Below are positions 50,006 through 63,100 of a DNA stretch of 64,000 bases, in pieces. Below the pieces are notes generated by a model. It ran no database searches and was not told where the DNA came from. It worked only from the letters and a program-made list of their open reading frames with translations. Numbering within the stretch: position 1 is the stretch's first letter; each line of letters opens with the position of its first letter. Origin of the DNA: Lepidodermella squamata (lineage: Eukaryota; Animalia; Gastrotricha); the NCBI GenBank assembly GCA_047495785.1, contig JBLDXI010000042.1, positions 4,402,001-4,466,000 of the forward strand, in the 5' to 3' direction. The position numbers and the translations under genes were made by a program.

Positions 50006-52821
50006 TCATCGCGAAAATTGCTGATTGAACTTGTCAACGTTCAGATAGTGAACCGTAACTCGGGGGTACAGCTGGCGAAGCGAGGCCGTCAGCCGACCCG
50101 ACGCCACCTCATCCGAGCAGCGAACATAGATGGCCAGGGTGCCATCCTGCAGCGCCTTGACATGCGTCTCAAACACATTTCTAGCCCCGCACGAGCCAAG
50201 CGCCACTGCAGCTTCTCTAATCCGATTTCTAGCCTCGTCCAACGTCCTCGGGTTGTTAATGTCCTGGTTTTGCAGGATCCCACGGATTTTGAGACACGGG
50301 GTCAACCCGGCCGGGGAGCCGCCCGGCGGGCGCCGCCCAGCCGAGGGTGACCGATCAGGCCGGGCCGCGCTGTTTTGCTGTTGCGGTTGAAACGCAACCC
50401 TAGCCTTTCGACTGGGCGATGGAGTTCTGGAGTTATTAACCGGCGATTTTACCGACCCGTTGTTGTTCCTAGTCAGCGGTGATGCAACGGATGGGCTGGG
50501 CAGTTGTTGCCCGGCCGTCCACACCCAGACTTTGTCGTGCTCGCCGCCGTGGGTGCGCACGTCGGTGCGGATGCGCGGTTCGTTGGTTCGGATGTACTCG
50601 ACGGCGGCTTTCCACGCCGGCGCCCAGTCGTCGCGCTTCTCCAGCGGGATCAACTGCGCCGCGAGGTGGCTGATGACGACGTAGTCCTGCACGCCGCGGT
50701 TCGACGTCAAATGCGCCGGCGGCGTGTGTTGCGCCGTTGCGATTTGCGACATGTGCACTTCGTGCTGCCGTTTTACCATTTCAACAATTTGAGTTACGAA
50801 TCTGTAAAAAAATAATGGTAAAACTCATTAGAGAACTGATCAAAAAAGAAACAAACGTATTAAAAAAATGTGTAATACCTTCAATTTTCAAATCCCCATT
50901 TTTTCAATTTCTGTTACGGACAATAAATTGAAAAACGAAAATTTTCCATTTTCCTTACATTTAAAGACGGAAATTTTCAATTTTTTGAGAAACGGCGATC
51001 AAAAGGATGTTCAGATATGAAATCTTACACTACATGAACGGAAAAACCTTGAAAGGCAGATTTTTAATAGACTCGTGAAGTAATAGTCGCGAAATGTTTG
51101 CCAATTCAGACGATTTCGAATTTTCAACTTTCTTCTGTGTAATTTAGATTAAATAATTCTATAATCTGATGTAAATGTTACTAAAATGGAAAATTAGAAC
51201 CATCCGATTTCTTCCTATTTTCCTCAAAAAATTTGAAGATATTCAGGGTGTTCCTCAAGTTAATAAGCCAAAGGAAGGTAATTGAAAGCAATTAGACTTG
51301 ACATTAGGAATAAAATTAGGCGAAACCCGGTAAATTTCATATTTCTATGGCAGTTGATGAATCAAAAATATCCTACGCAGGCTGATTTTTGGGAAAAATA
51401 ATACATTTTCTGAAACATCCCAAAAACTTTCCGATTAATGTAAGGGACATTCGCTCAGAATTTCTGGCAAATTTTAGGTTGCTGAGCAGTATTTTAACAA
51501 CAAATTTTGGAAATTTTCAAATTACATCGATCCCAAATTAGAATCCAAAATCAGCAAAATATGTATGGATTACTCACTCGTGAACTTGAGCTTTGAACCA
51601 TTTGCGGTACTCCAGTTTGGCTTTCACCGTCCAAACAACAGCCAATCCAATCGCGGCAACAATCACGATAGCGCAAATCGCAATGACTAGCTTCATCGCG
51701 AAATAGCCGATAGTAACAAAAAACAGCTTTATCGAACAACTCCACGCAACTTTCGGCGGCTTTTTCGTACGAATCGTCACGGCATCGGCCACATTTTGCG
51801 CCAACTCCCCGCTGGAGTCCAACAACTGAATTCGCCAGTGAGGATTGGCTAATATCAAATTCAACAACGCATTTCGATCGAAATCTACCGAAGATTTCGC
51901 CGCTGTTTTCGCCAAATTTATCGCGTCTGAAATCGGCAGGCCGTTGAACGCGTTATCCTCCAAAAATTGCCCGCTGCAATAGCCTTTGAAATACTCGGCG
52001 TCTAAAACCGATCGAATAGGCGGCAAAAGCGGCAAACAATCTCGAACAACCGACTCGGGAAAACATGGCTTTTCAACTTTTTTCGAATTACAAATCAACA
52101 GACGATCTTCCGCATTTGCTGTCTCGATTTGTTGGTTACTCAACTGACGCTGAGGGCCGATTTTTTGAGCCGGAGGACGGGTGAACGAGTTAAAAAGAAG
52201 CACGGAAATGACTACAATTGCAAAAGCTGCCCCGTAATTACTCCATTTCTCGTTAAATTTCCCCGCAGTTTCGCTGAAACGCTGCACCATCGACTTTTCC
52301 AACGGCATCGGAGGACTTCTGGGCGAAAAATTGTTGTAAATTCTCGACGAATTCGCGTTGAAATTTCGGTTCGAATCCGGCGTACCAAAATCATGGTTAG
52401 ACAAAGGGGTCAAAGCCACCTCGGGTGAATAACGAGGCGGTGGTAGGTAGTTGATCTGGCTCGATGGCGGCGATTGCCGTTTTATCGAACTCGGCATTTT
52501 GTTGACAAATGAATTCGAAATAACCGGTTCTTGCTGCGGCAGGAGTCGAGTACTTTCAAAAACGTCTTCATTTCGAGGCGCCAGACTACCGCGTGATCGA
52601 GTTGAGCGAGGTTCGAATGACGGAACTGAGCTTGAACTCGACGCTTCTTGGTTAAATTTCGGCGCATTTTTCTTCGGCGACGGTGGTTTTGATCGGGCTA
52701 TCGCGTGGTTCAACTGTTTTATCAGGATATCCCGTTTTTTCGCGAAAGTTTTCGCCTCAAACGCAATTCCATGTTCGTTCAACTGCCGGATCAATTCTTC
52801 ATTAGAAATATTTTGATCCAT
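50006..52821 (-). CDS. LEMD3: Inner nuclear membrane protein MAN1-like (LEM-like N-terminus, 2 TM, MSC/winged helix, UHM); exons 52821-51578 and 50801-50006
   Basis: ISNEELIRQLNEHG...KRDILIKQL LEM-like segment, two TM helices, ANPHWRIQL, W..AVEYI...EPRIR...VWVW and LTPCLKIRG; phase-2 intron consistent. Confidence 0.82.
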
Positions 52822-53268
52822 TATTTTTCAAAAAACCCTATCAGCAAGTCGGAAACATTCGTCAGTAATTTATTCACAAAAAATGTTTTGGTCTTCTTCC
52901 TGAAACACAACACAATAAGCTGTGAAGGATTGATTTTACTCGGTGTTATTGCCCCTTTCGTGCGCTTAATACACATTTCATATAATTAAATTACACGCGA
53001 CCCAGACGCCGTTAATATTCGAAGTTGAGCAATAGTAAAAAATAAAATTAGTCAGGTGTTTGTTTTCAAATAAGAAAGTTATGCCTTAGAATAGAAAGAA
53101 CAACCTTCTTAATAATAAATCGCTGTTTGTTTGTTTGCTTCGCTTCACGAGGGGCAAGACACAAATTATACAACATCAAAAACTTGGTGGTTTCCGCGTC
53201 TTTACAATATACAGCACAAGTGATGAGAAAAAATAATCTACTTGAACTAATTTTCTAAATATAAGCTA

Positions 53269-53983
53269 CTAGGTGCCATTTGGCACTGAAGAATTAACGG
53301 CGTCGGATGTTAGCGAGGGTGAAGAAGTAGATGAAGAGGAATTTGAGCGGCGAAGTTGCTGAGAAAGCCAGTCGAAGCCTTCTCGTAAACCGGCACCAGT
53401 TAATGCACAACAAGATTGGACCCGCCAGCCGGCCGGGCGCAGAGAGGATAAATCGAGAAAACGACTAAGCTCGGCAGCCGTTGCGGCGCCTCTGACGTCC
53501 TGTTTATTCGCCAACACTAGAAGAGCAGTGTTGCCGCTATGAGGGCTGCTTTTCGTAGGAGACTCGCCGGCTAGAGGAGCGTCGACTGCGTTCAGCAAGT
53601 TTCGAAGCTCGGCTCTGCTCAAATCGAACCGAGCGCGGTCTGAGGAGTCTATCACATAGACTATAGCAGAAGAACCCGTTACATATGCCGATCTGGAGGT
53701 TACAAATAATCTTAAGCAATGACATTTCAATCAAATTGATGACTCACGTCCAAGCGGGTCTTAATGATTCTTGCCCGCCGACATCCCATATAAGCAGCCG
53801 TAGGCCGCCCCAGCGAACTTCTTCGACATTGGAGCCGAGGGTTGGACTTGTTTCAACAGTTTCGTGTAACATCAGCTGGTAGAGAATTGTAGTCTTTCCC
53901 GCGTTGTCCAGGCCAACTAGTAGAATTTTGTATTCCGTGCTGCCAAAGAAAACTCTCCATAATTTGCTCATGAAAAACCCCAT
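53269..53983 (-). CDS. ARL5: ARF-like GTPase 5; exons 53983-53748 and 53692-53269
   Basis: Gly2 myristoylation site, GLDNAGKTTILYQ, TSPTLGSNVEEV, WDVGGQESLR, NKQD, SCCALTG; 55-nt intron. Confidence 0.88.
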
Positions 53984-55103
53984 TTTGAAAAGAAATACGG
54001 ATAAAACCTATAACAGAAAGTTTTACGGTGAGATAACATGAGTGATACTAGGACTGCAGATTGCATTCCTCTCGAAAGAGCAGAGTTCCAGGCCATAATA
54101 GTAACTGAAAAAATATACGGGTTCCAGAAGTAGAAGAAGTAAGAAGTAGTTATCTAGAAGTAGTAGAAGAATTAGTGATTCAAGAACAATGACCTATGAC
54201 CAGCAGAAGGTCATAGTCGTGTTGACTAAAATAGATGAGAAACCACAGACATGACAATCGAACGTTCGTCTGTTGACCATTTGAGGATTGCTTTCACTTC
54301 AGAGCAGACAACCGGTAACTTGCCAGTTGGGGCCATGGGCCATAACGCTGCCTCGAGGGCAAAACCTTCGAAAAACATCCGAATTGTGGGCGTTTTGGTT
54401 GGCGTTTTTGAGCGCGGATTTGTTTGGAAGAATTCAGCGTGAAGGTGATATTTAGCTTGAATTTTCCGAATCTTATCCTTATTACACATATTTTTGTGCA
54501 AATTTTGCCCAATAATCCATACATTTATTGGAAGAGGAAATCTTTGCCAAAATCTCGACCTTGAACGAAAAGTTGCGCTAAAACAAAAAGCAGTCCGAAA
54601 GCTACGTCACGCAACCCGCGCGCGGCGGACTATCACACCTTCATCAACGTCCAGCTGAGCTTCGACGCATGACCTCGAGATCTTGATTATTTTAACTGCG
54701 ACAAGTGTGCTGTGTTTGTTAGCATAAATTGCACTCCTTTAACTGTCTGATGCTCGTTATGATAAGGTAACAGGTAAACAGGTAATAAGGAATCGTGAAT
54801 CGTGGTTTTAATTGTGATATTAAGTGAATGTCAATTTTGATATGCCGGTCTTGAATATTTGGTGACGAAACATGAATAATAATGATAGTTTCTTGGAGTC
54901 GTGCTGATAGGCATATTCACAGTGATTCAATGCTGCGTATGCTGATTATTTTCTGTGTTCTTGATTAGATTCCTTGATTAGAACTGATCTGCATTGCAGA
55001 TTCCATTAGAAAGAAGGCTTCATCATAATTCATCTAAATATTTGTAGAGATTTCTAACATTTTTATTTTGCTCAAGTTTCTCCATTAACGATACCTCATT
55101 CCT
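53984..55103. promoter_or_regulatory. Divergent promoter region between ARL5-LEMD3 (-) and NUFIP1-TAMM41-GCC2 (+)
   Basis: Head-to-head orientation; CpG-rich core near 54600-54680. Confidence 0.55.
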
Positions 55104-55961
55104 ATGCAACCCGGCAGTTCAGCTACCAACGTCCCAACGTTTGCTCTTAAATGGGACTCGTTTTCCGGATCATTCCAGATGGCTGGCAGCAATGGCGATT
55201 CGAGTGAAGTGCAGTCGAAACTTCCTTTCTCATATTCTTCATACTCATGTCCAAATCAAATGTCATCCAAGCCCTCGACAGCCTATCCATCTATGGAAAA
55301 GAAAAGCGTCACCAGGCACTATTATAGCAATGACAGCGGCAATCGCCAGAATCAATCCAAATCCTGGTCTTCTTTCAGTCAATTCTTTTGCAAGAACTGC
55401 GATCGTCGTTTCCGTGATAAAGAAACCTACGATCAGCATTGCAGTGAACACGTGAAATGCGGCGTCGAGGGCTGTCCCTATACTGCTCATTTTAAACTGA
55501 TCTTACAGCACTTTCAGCTGCAGCATGCTAACGGCGGCATTGCCAGAAAAGTATGGCAACTAGATACGCCTGAAGATATTGAAAAGTGGCGAGCTGAACG
55601 GCGCAAAAACTTCCCGACAACGTCTCGATTGAGCGAAATTAAAGAAAAAGAGGAAGCTGCTAAAGAAGCGATTCGGAAACGCCGATTCGAGCGAGAGCTA
55701 GAAGAACAAGAAAAGCTTCGAAAAAAGACAGTCAAGTTTGAAGAAGGCGTTGAAGACCAAGATGAAAGTGATGACTCTCAAACCGAGGAGCCTGAAAGCT
55801 ACGCCCCTATCTTGCACAACAAGCCGCGTTTCCCTTCGCGTTACAAGCAGAGAAATAGTCTTCTCGAGAAAGTTTTAGATGGAGATTTGCAACGCGAGCG
55901 CAACTTTATTTACCAATGCATCCAACACATAGTCGAGCAGAAGTTTTATCAAAAACAATAA
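55104..55961 (+). CDS. NUFIP1: Nuclear FMR1-interacting protein 1 (Rsa1 homologue, snoRNP assembly), intronless
   Basis: FFCKNCDRRF...HCSEHVKC...GCPYTAH zinc fingers, LDTPEDIEKWRAERRKNFPT and LLEKVL...ERN.IYQC. Confidence 0.9.
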   Translation: MQPGSSATNVPTFALKWDSFSGSFQMAGSNGDSSEVQSKLPFSYSSYSCPNQMSSKPSTAYPSMEKKSVTRHYYSNDSGNRQNQSKSWSSFSQFFCKNCDRRFRDKETYDQHCSEHVKCGVEGCPYTAHFKLILQHFQLQHANGGIARKVWQLDTPEDIEKWRAERRKNFPTTSRLSEIKEKEEAAKEAIRKRRFERELEEQEKLRKKTVKFEEGVEDQDESDDSQTEEPESYAPILHNKPRFPSRYKQRNSLLEKVLDGDLQRERNFIYQCIQHIVEQKFYQKQ

Positions 55962-55999
55962 ATTGTTGCGATTTTAATGAACATTTAGGGAGTTTAAAA

Positions 56000-57079
56000 A
56001 TGTTGAACGCCGGGTTTTTATCCAGTTGCATACATCGCTTTCCACCGGTCGCATTCGCCTTCGCCTATGGTTCAGCTGTTCTACCGCAACTGGGCAAGCC
56101 GAAAGGCGGTAAAATGCTCGACTTATGTTTTGTCATCGACAACGACTCCAGCCCGAAATGGCACTCTCAAAATCTCAAGCGAAACGCCAAAGATTACAGC
56201 GCGATATCTCGAATTTTAGGCTCGGAATTTGTCTCCACCATCCAAAAATGCGACAACGTCGGTGTGTGGTACAATACCTTGGTACCGATCAAAGACTTTG
56301 ATATCGACAGCTCAGATTCAATTTCATGTTTAGAATACGTGAAATATGGCGTAATTGAAAAGCGAGATTTTCTAGCCGATTTACTCCACTGGCGGTCACT
56401 GTATCTGGCAGGTCGTTGCCATAAGCCTGTGAGTTACATGGATAAGTTGCCTCCCGACGAAGATTTACGCAACGCACTGGAAACTAATTTAAAATCCGCC
56501 TTGAATATCGCATTTCTCCAACTGCCTTCAAAATTTCGAGCCTTTGATTTGTTCTCATGTATCGCCGGGTTATCGTATCACGGCGATTTTCGTATGATAT
56601 TCGGTGAAGATAAAGACAAAATTCGTAAACTGGTCATCGGAGCGTTACCTCGACTACTGGAATTATACACACCTTTGTTGAAAAGTGACCCATCAATTCG
56701 TTTGTTTCCCGCGGAGCAAGATCACATGATCGAACAGGACATTGATGCCGCAACGAAATTGAGACGATTAATGGTGCTACCCTCTTACGTTCGAAATGAC
56801 CTACTGAGGCAAAGCCAATTAGCGGTTTCTTCAAGTGCCTGGAGGCATTACAGTGCGAATCCGGATGTTGAAGAAATTTTCGCGACTATGGCGGGTTGGA
56901 CTGACGACAGCCGGTTAGGGAAATTGCTGCAACTAGCAACACGGCGGATCGTTTTCAAGTCTAGTGCAACTCAAAGTGTAAAAGGCGTGATAACAGCTGG
57001 TCCTGTTAAAGCGTGCCGTTATGCGGCTGACAAAGTTGGGAAAGCTTTCAAATCCCATTTCCCCGGCTCAAAAAATTGA
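56000..57079 (+). CDS. TAMM41: Mitochondrial phosphatidate cytidylyltransferase, intronless; probable start 56000
   Basis: FAFAYGSAV.PQ, MLD, VWYNTLV, KYGVI, DLLHWRSLYLAGR.HKPV, IAGLSY.GDFRMIFGEDK.K, QSVKGVITAG. Confidence 0.93.
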   Translation: MLNAGFLSSCIHRFPPVAFAFAYGSAVLPQLGKPKGGKMLDLCFVIDNDSSPKWHSQNLKRNAKDYSAISRILGSEFVSTIQKCDNVGVWYNTLVPIKDFDIDSSDSISCLEYVKYGVIEKRDFLADLLHWRSLYLAGRCHKPVSYMDKLPPDEDLRNALETNLKSALNIAFLQLPSKFRAFDLFSCIAGLSYHGDFRMIFGEDKDKIRKLVIGALPRLLELYTPLLKSDPSIRLFPAEQDHMIEQDIDAATKLRRLMVLPSYVRNDLLRQSQLAVSSSAWRHYSANPDVEEIFATMAGWTDDSRLGKLLQLATRRIVFKSSATQSVKGVITAGPVKACRYAADKVGKAFKSHFPGSKN

Positions 57080-57182
57080 GAATATTTGTTTCGCCTTATT
57101 TTATAAAAATATTTTTTCAACAGTTCTATTTTTTATAGTAGGAATTTAGTCTTATTTATTATATTAATACTCCATTTTAACA

Positions 57183-60100
57183 ATGGAGTCCGGCGCTGGT
57201 AGTGGTGCGGATAAAAAGAACCAGTCGCTGGACGATTTGCCACGCGAAGATCTGGTTCGATTCGTCAAAAAGCAGACGCTTAATTTGCAAAAAATGCGTC
57301 AACTCAAAGAAGGCAAGTGGAGTTTTTTTCTAATCAAAGCACGCGATTTATTCTTGCGATTCCATATTGTCATCGCATAATGTTTGCTATCTAACTCATT
57401 GCTTGATGTGGAACTTATTTGATAATGTGAATTTTGCTGGAGTTCAAAACGTTTTTACTGTGACATGTTTTGTGACATGCTCGGTTGGGCTTGCAATCAA
57501 ATGTAAAATCATCGAATTTATTTTATAATCTTATCGTTTATTTGTTTCCAGATTTGGAAAAGAAACTCGCAGTCCTAGAAGAAGAGCGCGCGAAAGGTGC
57601 GACCGGAGGTGATGCGTCAAAGGTATTTTCGGGATAATTTCTAATATTTCAGGAAATTTTCAAATTTTTCATCCATTCGCAGAAACTTTCGGAAGAGATT
57701 GAGTGCCTGAAACAAAAGAATGAGTCTTTGCTCGCTATGTTCAGAACTTTGGAACAAGAAAACAATGTGGGTTCATTCAACTGTTATTACATTAAATTTA
57801 TAATCCCATTTATTATTTATGATGTCGATGCATATAAATCCGTTTAATCTTAATCCTTATTTTTGCGTTTCATTTTCAGGAATATAAACACCAGATATCC
57901 GTGTTAGAGTCAGCTCGAGACGAAGCGCTTTCGGCTGCTCGGTCTATGAAAGAACACCATAGTAATTCCAGTAACGGCGACCAGAATGACCTCCACTCGC
58001 AAATTGTGATCAAAGACAAGCGGATCGAGGTTAGTCAACCAATGAGATTTATCTGTAGATTTAGCTGGTAGAAAATTCTAACCTTTAGCCAACGCTCAAG
58101 CTTTGGCATGCCAGCGTAAAAACCCTGAAAAACAGCTTGCTCATGATGAAAATTAAACAATAGCATTTAATGAAATAATTCCCGATTTTATTTAAAAAAT
58201 GTAACCAGTATTCGGCTAAATTTAACATTTCAACATAGAATCATCCCTTTTTAAATTTAGTATCAGCCTTAACCTTCATCTTATCCGTAGTGGCTTTTTC
58301 ATCACTTGGATTTGGATTTGGAATGGAAACTTGGTTTTAGAATCGAAGTAATTAGCCGTATTGAAAATTTTAAGCAATTATTTTGATCTAAAATTTTGAA
58401 ATTTGAATTCTGAATCCACTAAATTATAGAATTTAGCTAACTATCGAGTGATTTTTTAATTTGAATTGACTCACCGCATTTTAACGTTTGAAATTGTGCG
58501 TGTTTTAGATTTTGAAATTAACACCGCGTTTAGTTTTCATCAGATTTTGATTAATATATAATTTTCAATTAATTTTGCATGTACCAAAAACCCTAACACA
58601 ACGTGTTGTTTTATTTTTCATTATATCAACGCTGCCTTATGCTGCCTGCTTTGGAATCGTACTCAACCTACTATCACAACAATCGTAATCATGTTGAATT
58701 ATCGTATGGCTGTGATGCTACTTGTTCGATTGAAACGAAACGTGAATATGCAGGAACTTGTTTCCTTAAAGGCTGAACTCGACGCTGAAGTTTTGACGCT
58801 GCGGCGGGCTGTCGAAGCGGCGAACAGCGCGGCATCTTCGCGGGTTCAATCGTCACTGGCGGCGTCTAACGCGGCTGAATTCGACCAGTTGCAGGAGGCG
58901 CTGAGCCAAGAACAGGCGAAAACCGTGCAATTACAGGCTGAAATTTTGGCGCTACAAGAGAAAACTGCCTCATTAGATGAATTGTGAGTTCGATTTTTCA
59001 GTTTTCTCTACAAATGACTGCCGGATAGTAGAAAAATACTTGGTGTTGGTTTCAAAATTTGATAGCGAATAGTTTGTTCTTTTTGAGGTGGTGTAAAGAT
59101 CGGGCCTAATTTTTCCGAAAATGCTTCATTTTTCTGGCCATTCATGTAATTCGTTCTATTTCTTCGAGAACCTGTAGGAGATTAGTGCGAAATCGAGGCC
59201 AATTTATTGCTTTAAAAATGGATTCTAAACGCTTCAATATGAGAATTTAGTGGAGTAGCGGAAGCGGAAAATTAAACTTCGCCACTTCCATAATTTGTGC
59301 ACGATCGTAAGCAGATTCTAGCGGAGGAATAACCAAAACCCCAATTTCGGAGAATATTCGCATTCAACGCCAATATAAGCCAACCATCCTCCTTTCAACA
59401 GAAGAGCTTTCTTGATTGAATGTGCAGCTCGGATGTTCTTCCAGCAAAATGGAACATTTAGCACTGAACATGGAGCCAAGTCTTGACTCAGAAGTCCATG
59501 AGATAGAGAAGGCTTATGAGGCGCTGGTTTTTGACTAGGGTTTTGACATTTTTTATCTTGGTATCCTCCGGTACATTCCTGTCTGCGGATGAATCAAGGT
59601 CAAAATAATTTTACTAAATTAAGTAGGCCATTAAATTATCTTCCTTCGAGATCAAGTGCATCGAATTCTCGTGCGGAACAGCGGTTAATGCTAGGCATTG
59701 ATTCAGTGTAGCAGTCGGGGTAGTGAACAAAATATTTAGAACAGTGCAGTTGCTAGCTCGGGGCCTCGACCCGGGTGACACAACCAGGACGCTAAAAGCA
59801 GCTACCGCAGCCGCGTGATGACCAGTAAAGTTACCAGTGAAGAGACGGCAGCAACGCTGAGGAAGACAAGCGCGCCGATGACAAATTTGGCAACTTCCGA
59901 AATCATTTGCAGCAGAAGATGGCTATCGATAAATTTAATCGACTGTGAGTCAGCTTAGTCTAGAAAAGTAATAGCACAATGCACATTTTGATGGATTATA
60001 ACTTTGACTCAAGATGAAGAAAATATTGTTCAAGTTTTGTTAGCTATTGAAAAAGCTCGAAGAATTGATAAATGCTCTATCCACTGAAATCAAGAACGTG

Positions 60101-63100
60101 AATGCGAATTTAACAGCTAAGAAAATCAAGACTGAAATACAGGTGTGGCGCCTGCAAACCTGACATTTGTGTCTTTTGTATAGTTTGCCTCGTTTGAGTT
60201 CGCAAGGTTTCATAACATGACCAGATAGGCCCGTAGCGACCGTTTTCTCCCTGAAATGTTCGTAGAGAGTTGTCGAGCAGACGTTATCGTAAAAGTTTTA
60301 AAGCGAATTTGAACTTTCGGCTACGTTCAGTGAGACCGATTAGTTAAATGTTTCGTTTTTTAATTCGTTGAAAAGTGGATGCAATTTTATATATTTTTCA
60401 ATTTCTTTTAGCCAAACGGAGAAAAATCGTCTTTCACAAGTGAATGCTGAGCTGCAACAAAGCATAGAATCGCTGAACGACAAATTGCAAGAAACCCAGG
60501 TAGAAACGGATCGACTTCGCGCTGAACTAACCGAATCTAGCCGGCAAAGCGAAGAACTGCAATCGAAATTCCAACTCGAAACAACTAGTCTACGGTCGGA
60601 AATTGCCGACTTACTCGCCCAGGCTAAGGTTAAGGAGGAGCAGGAAGCTCGCCAGTCAGAACAAACCAAGCTGAAACTTGCCGAGTTGGAAAGCTGTGTC
60701 GAACGGCTGTCTGAAGAGAGGAAAGAAGCCCTAGCCGCCCAGAGCGAAGAGCTGAAAAAAGACTACGAAGAAAAACTAGCCGATGAAACTGCCACATTAC
60801 AAGAGAAAATCGACTCGCTATTACGAGAAATTCGCGTGAAAGAAGAGGAATTCGAACTCGCACTGCAAGAAACGAAGCGAAATTCTGAAAGCTCGTTGAA
60901 TAACGTGCTGTCAAATGCCGGCGAATTAGAGGCAGCTATTACTCGATTAACTGCTGAGGTCAATCAATTGAAAGAGCAGAACGCCGCCTTAAAACAGCGT
61001 GTTGAAATCGACGATCGAGAACTGGGCGAATTCAATCAGTTGAAGCAAGATTTTGAGGGTTTGGTCTCTCAACTTGGCGAAATCGAAGAGAAATTTTCGG
61101 CATCTAGAGTCTCGATTTCTAAAAAAGAAAACGAGATTACACAATGTCGGTCCCAAATTGCTGAACAGCAAGAGTCGATCAACAAATTAGAAGCCGCGTT
61201 ATCGGAAAAATCTAGTTATATCGATGAAATTTCGGCAGAATTGGCTCAAAAATCGGAGAATTCCGATAAATTTTCCTCACTTCTCGATGCGAAAACTGCT
61301 GACTACGAAAAATTGGCGAAGCGTGTCGTAGGTCTGATGGCGGAACTTGAGCGGAAAAATACTGAAATTGCGCGTCTTTCATCGGATTTGCATGACATAA
61401 CTGAGCGGTTTGAACTGCTGAATTCGGATCGTGATCAAGTTTCACGCGAGGCTGAAGACAAATCAGCTCAAATTGAAAGGCTAACTCAAAATATGTCCGA
61501 TCTGCAAAGTCAAATGGAGTTGGGCCAAAACGCGTTGGGTCCACTTGTCGAGCAACTGCGAGATGAAAATTCCAGGCTGAAACGTGATTTGAGTGAGCTG
61601 GACGAATTAAAGTCAAAATCTCGAGAATTCGATCAAATTATTGCTACGAAATCAGAAGAATTCGCTAAAAATTCCGAGAAATTGCAGCAAATTGAGGCAG
61701 ATTTGGATCAAGTACGAAATTCCGAGCGCAATTTGGGCGAGAAAAATGCTGAACTACTGCGCCAAATTGACGAGCTGAATCAGAAAAATCACGAAATTTC
61801 CTCTCAATTATCCGAAAAATTGGCTGAAATATCGAAAATTTCTGCGGAGGTCGTCGAAAAATCTCGGTTAATTGACGAAGCCGGGCATAAAAATGAAGAA
61901 ATCAGCCAGCTCCAGCTTAAGATTTCCGACCAAGTGGCAGAAATTGATCGGTTGTCACAATTGGCTGGTCAACTCGATGCGCTACAGTCCGAAAATTCCC
62001 GGTTGAAGGCTGAAATCGATGAAATTATGTCGAATATGGCGAAATTAGGTGAAAATGCCCAGCAAAACACCGAATTATTGTCAAATGAAAATCAACAGCT
62101 CAAGGACCAAGTTTCAAAACTGAGCCAAGATTTGGAACAGAAGCAAGATTATGTTACGAAATTGCAGGAGAAAGTGTTTTCGATGAGTGCTAATGTCCAA
62201 GAGCTGAACGCGTCATTCGCCGCGAAAAATGAAGAATTTGACCGTGTTTCGAAAGAATTGGCCGAGAAATCAGGTCTTATCGAATCGCTGCAAGCCTCAT
62301 CTGGGGCAAAGGGCGACGAAATTTCATCGCTTCACCAGAAAATCAGCGATTTGAACGGGGAAGTCGATCAGTTGCGAGGTTTGAATGGCCGAATCGAGAA
62401 TCTTCGAGCTGAAAATTCGAAAATTTCCGAAGAGCTGGCGCAGAAAAATTCAGAAATTGAAAAATTGGCCGAAATCGAGCGGCAAAAACTGACCGGTCTT
62501 GAAGCTGAAAATAATCGACTCCAGGAGGAATTAAATACGCTTCAACACAATCTGTCGGCTAAATCAAGCGATTTCTCCCATCTCGAGGGTCAAATCAACG
62601 ATTTGAAGACGAAAAATGCAGAGCTATTGAAGCTACTCGCAGAGAAAAATTCAGAGGTGGAAAATTTACTCGCGGAAATGTCTGAAAAAGCAATGGCTAT
62701 TGAGAGCGCCCAAGCCCTTGAAGGGTCAAAAGATGACGAGATCAAGTCGCTAAATGCCAAAATCAGCCAACTGACTGCTGAAGTCGATCGATTAAACCAG
62801 ATTACAGGCCAAATTGAGTCGCTAGAAGCTGAAAAGCAGAAATTAGCCCATGATTTGGATGAGCAAAAGCAGAAAATGACCGACTTTACCGGTAAAGCCT
62901 CAGAGAAGGTTAAAAAACTAGCTGCCGAGAACAAAAAATTCGAGGAAGAAATCGCTCGCCTGAGCCAAGAATTATCGTCAAAATCTAATTTAGAACAAGA
63001 AATCGCCGATCTCAAAACTCGTCTTGAAACAGCTAGTTCAATCGAGTCGCAGTTCAAAGAAGAAAATGAGACGTTGAAGAAGCAGCTAGAGGAAAAAGCG

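Noticed and set aside
59700-59790. tRNA or tRNA-derived SINE in a GCC2 intron
   Set aside because: A/B-box resemblance is weak (no GTTCGA) and no cloverleaf could be built.
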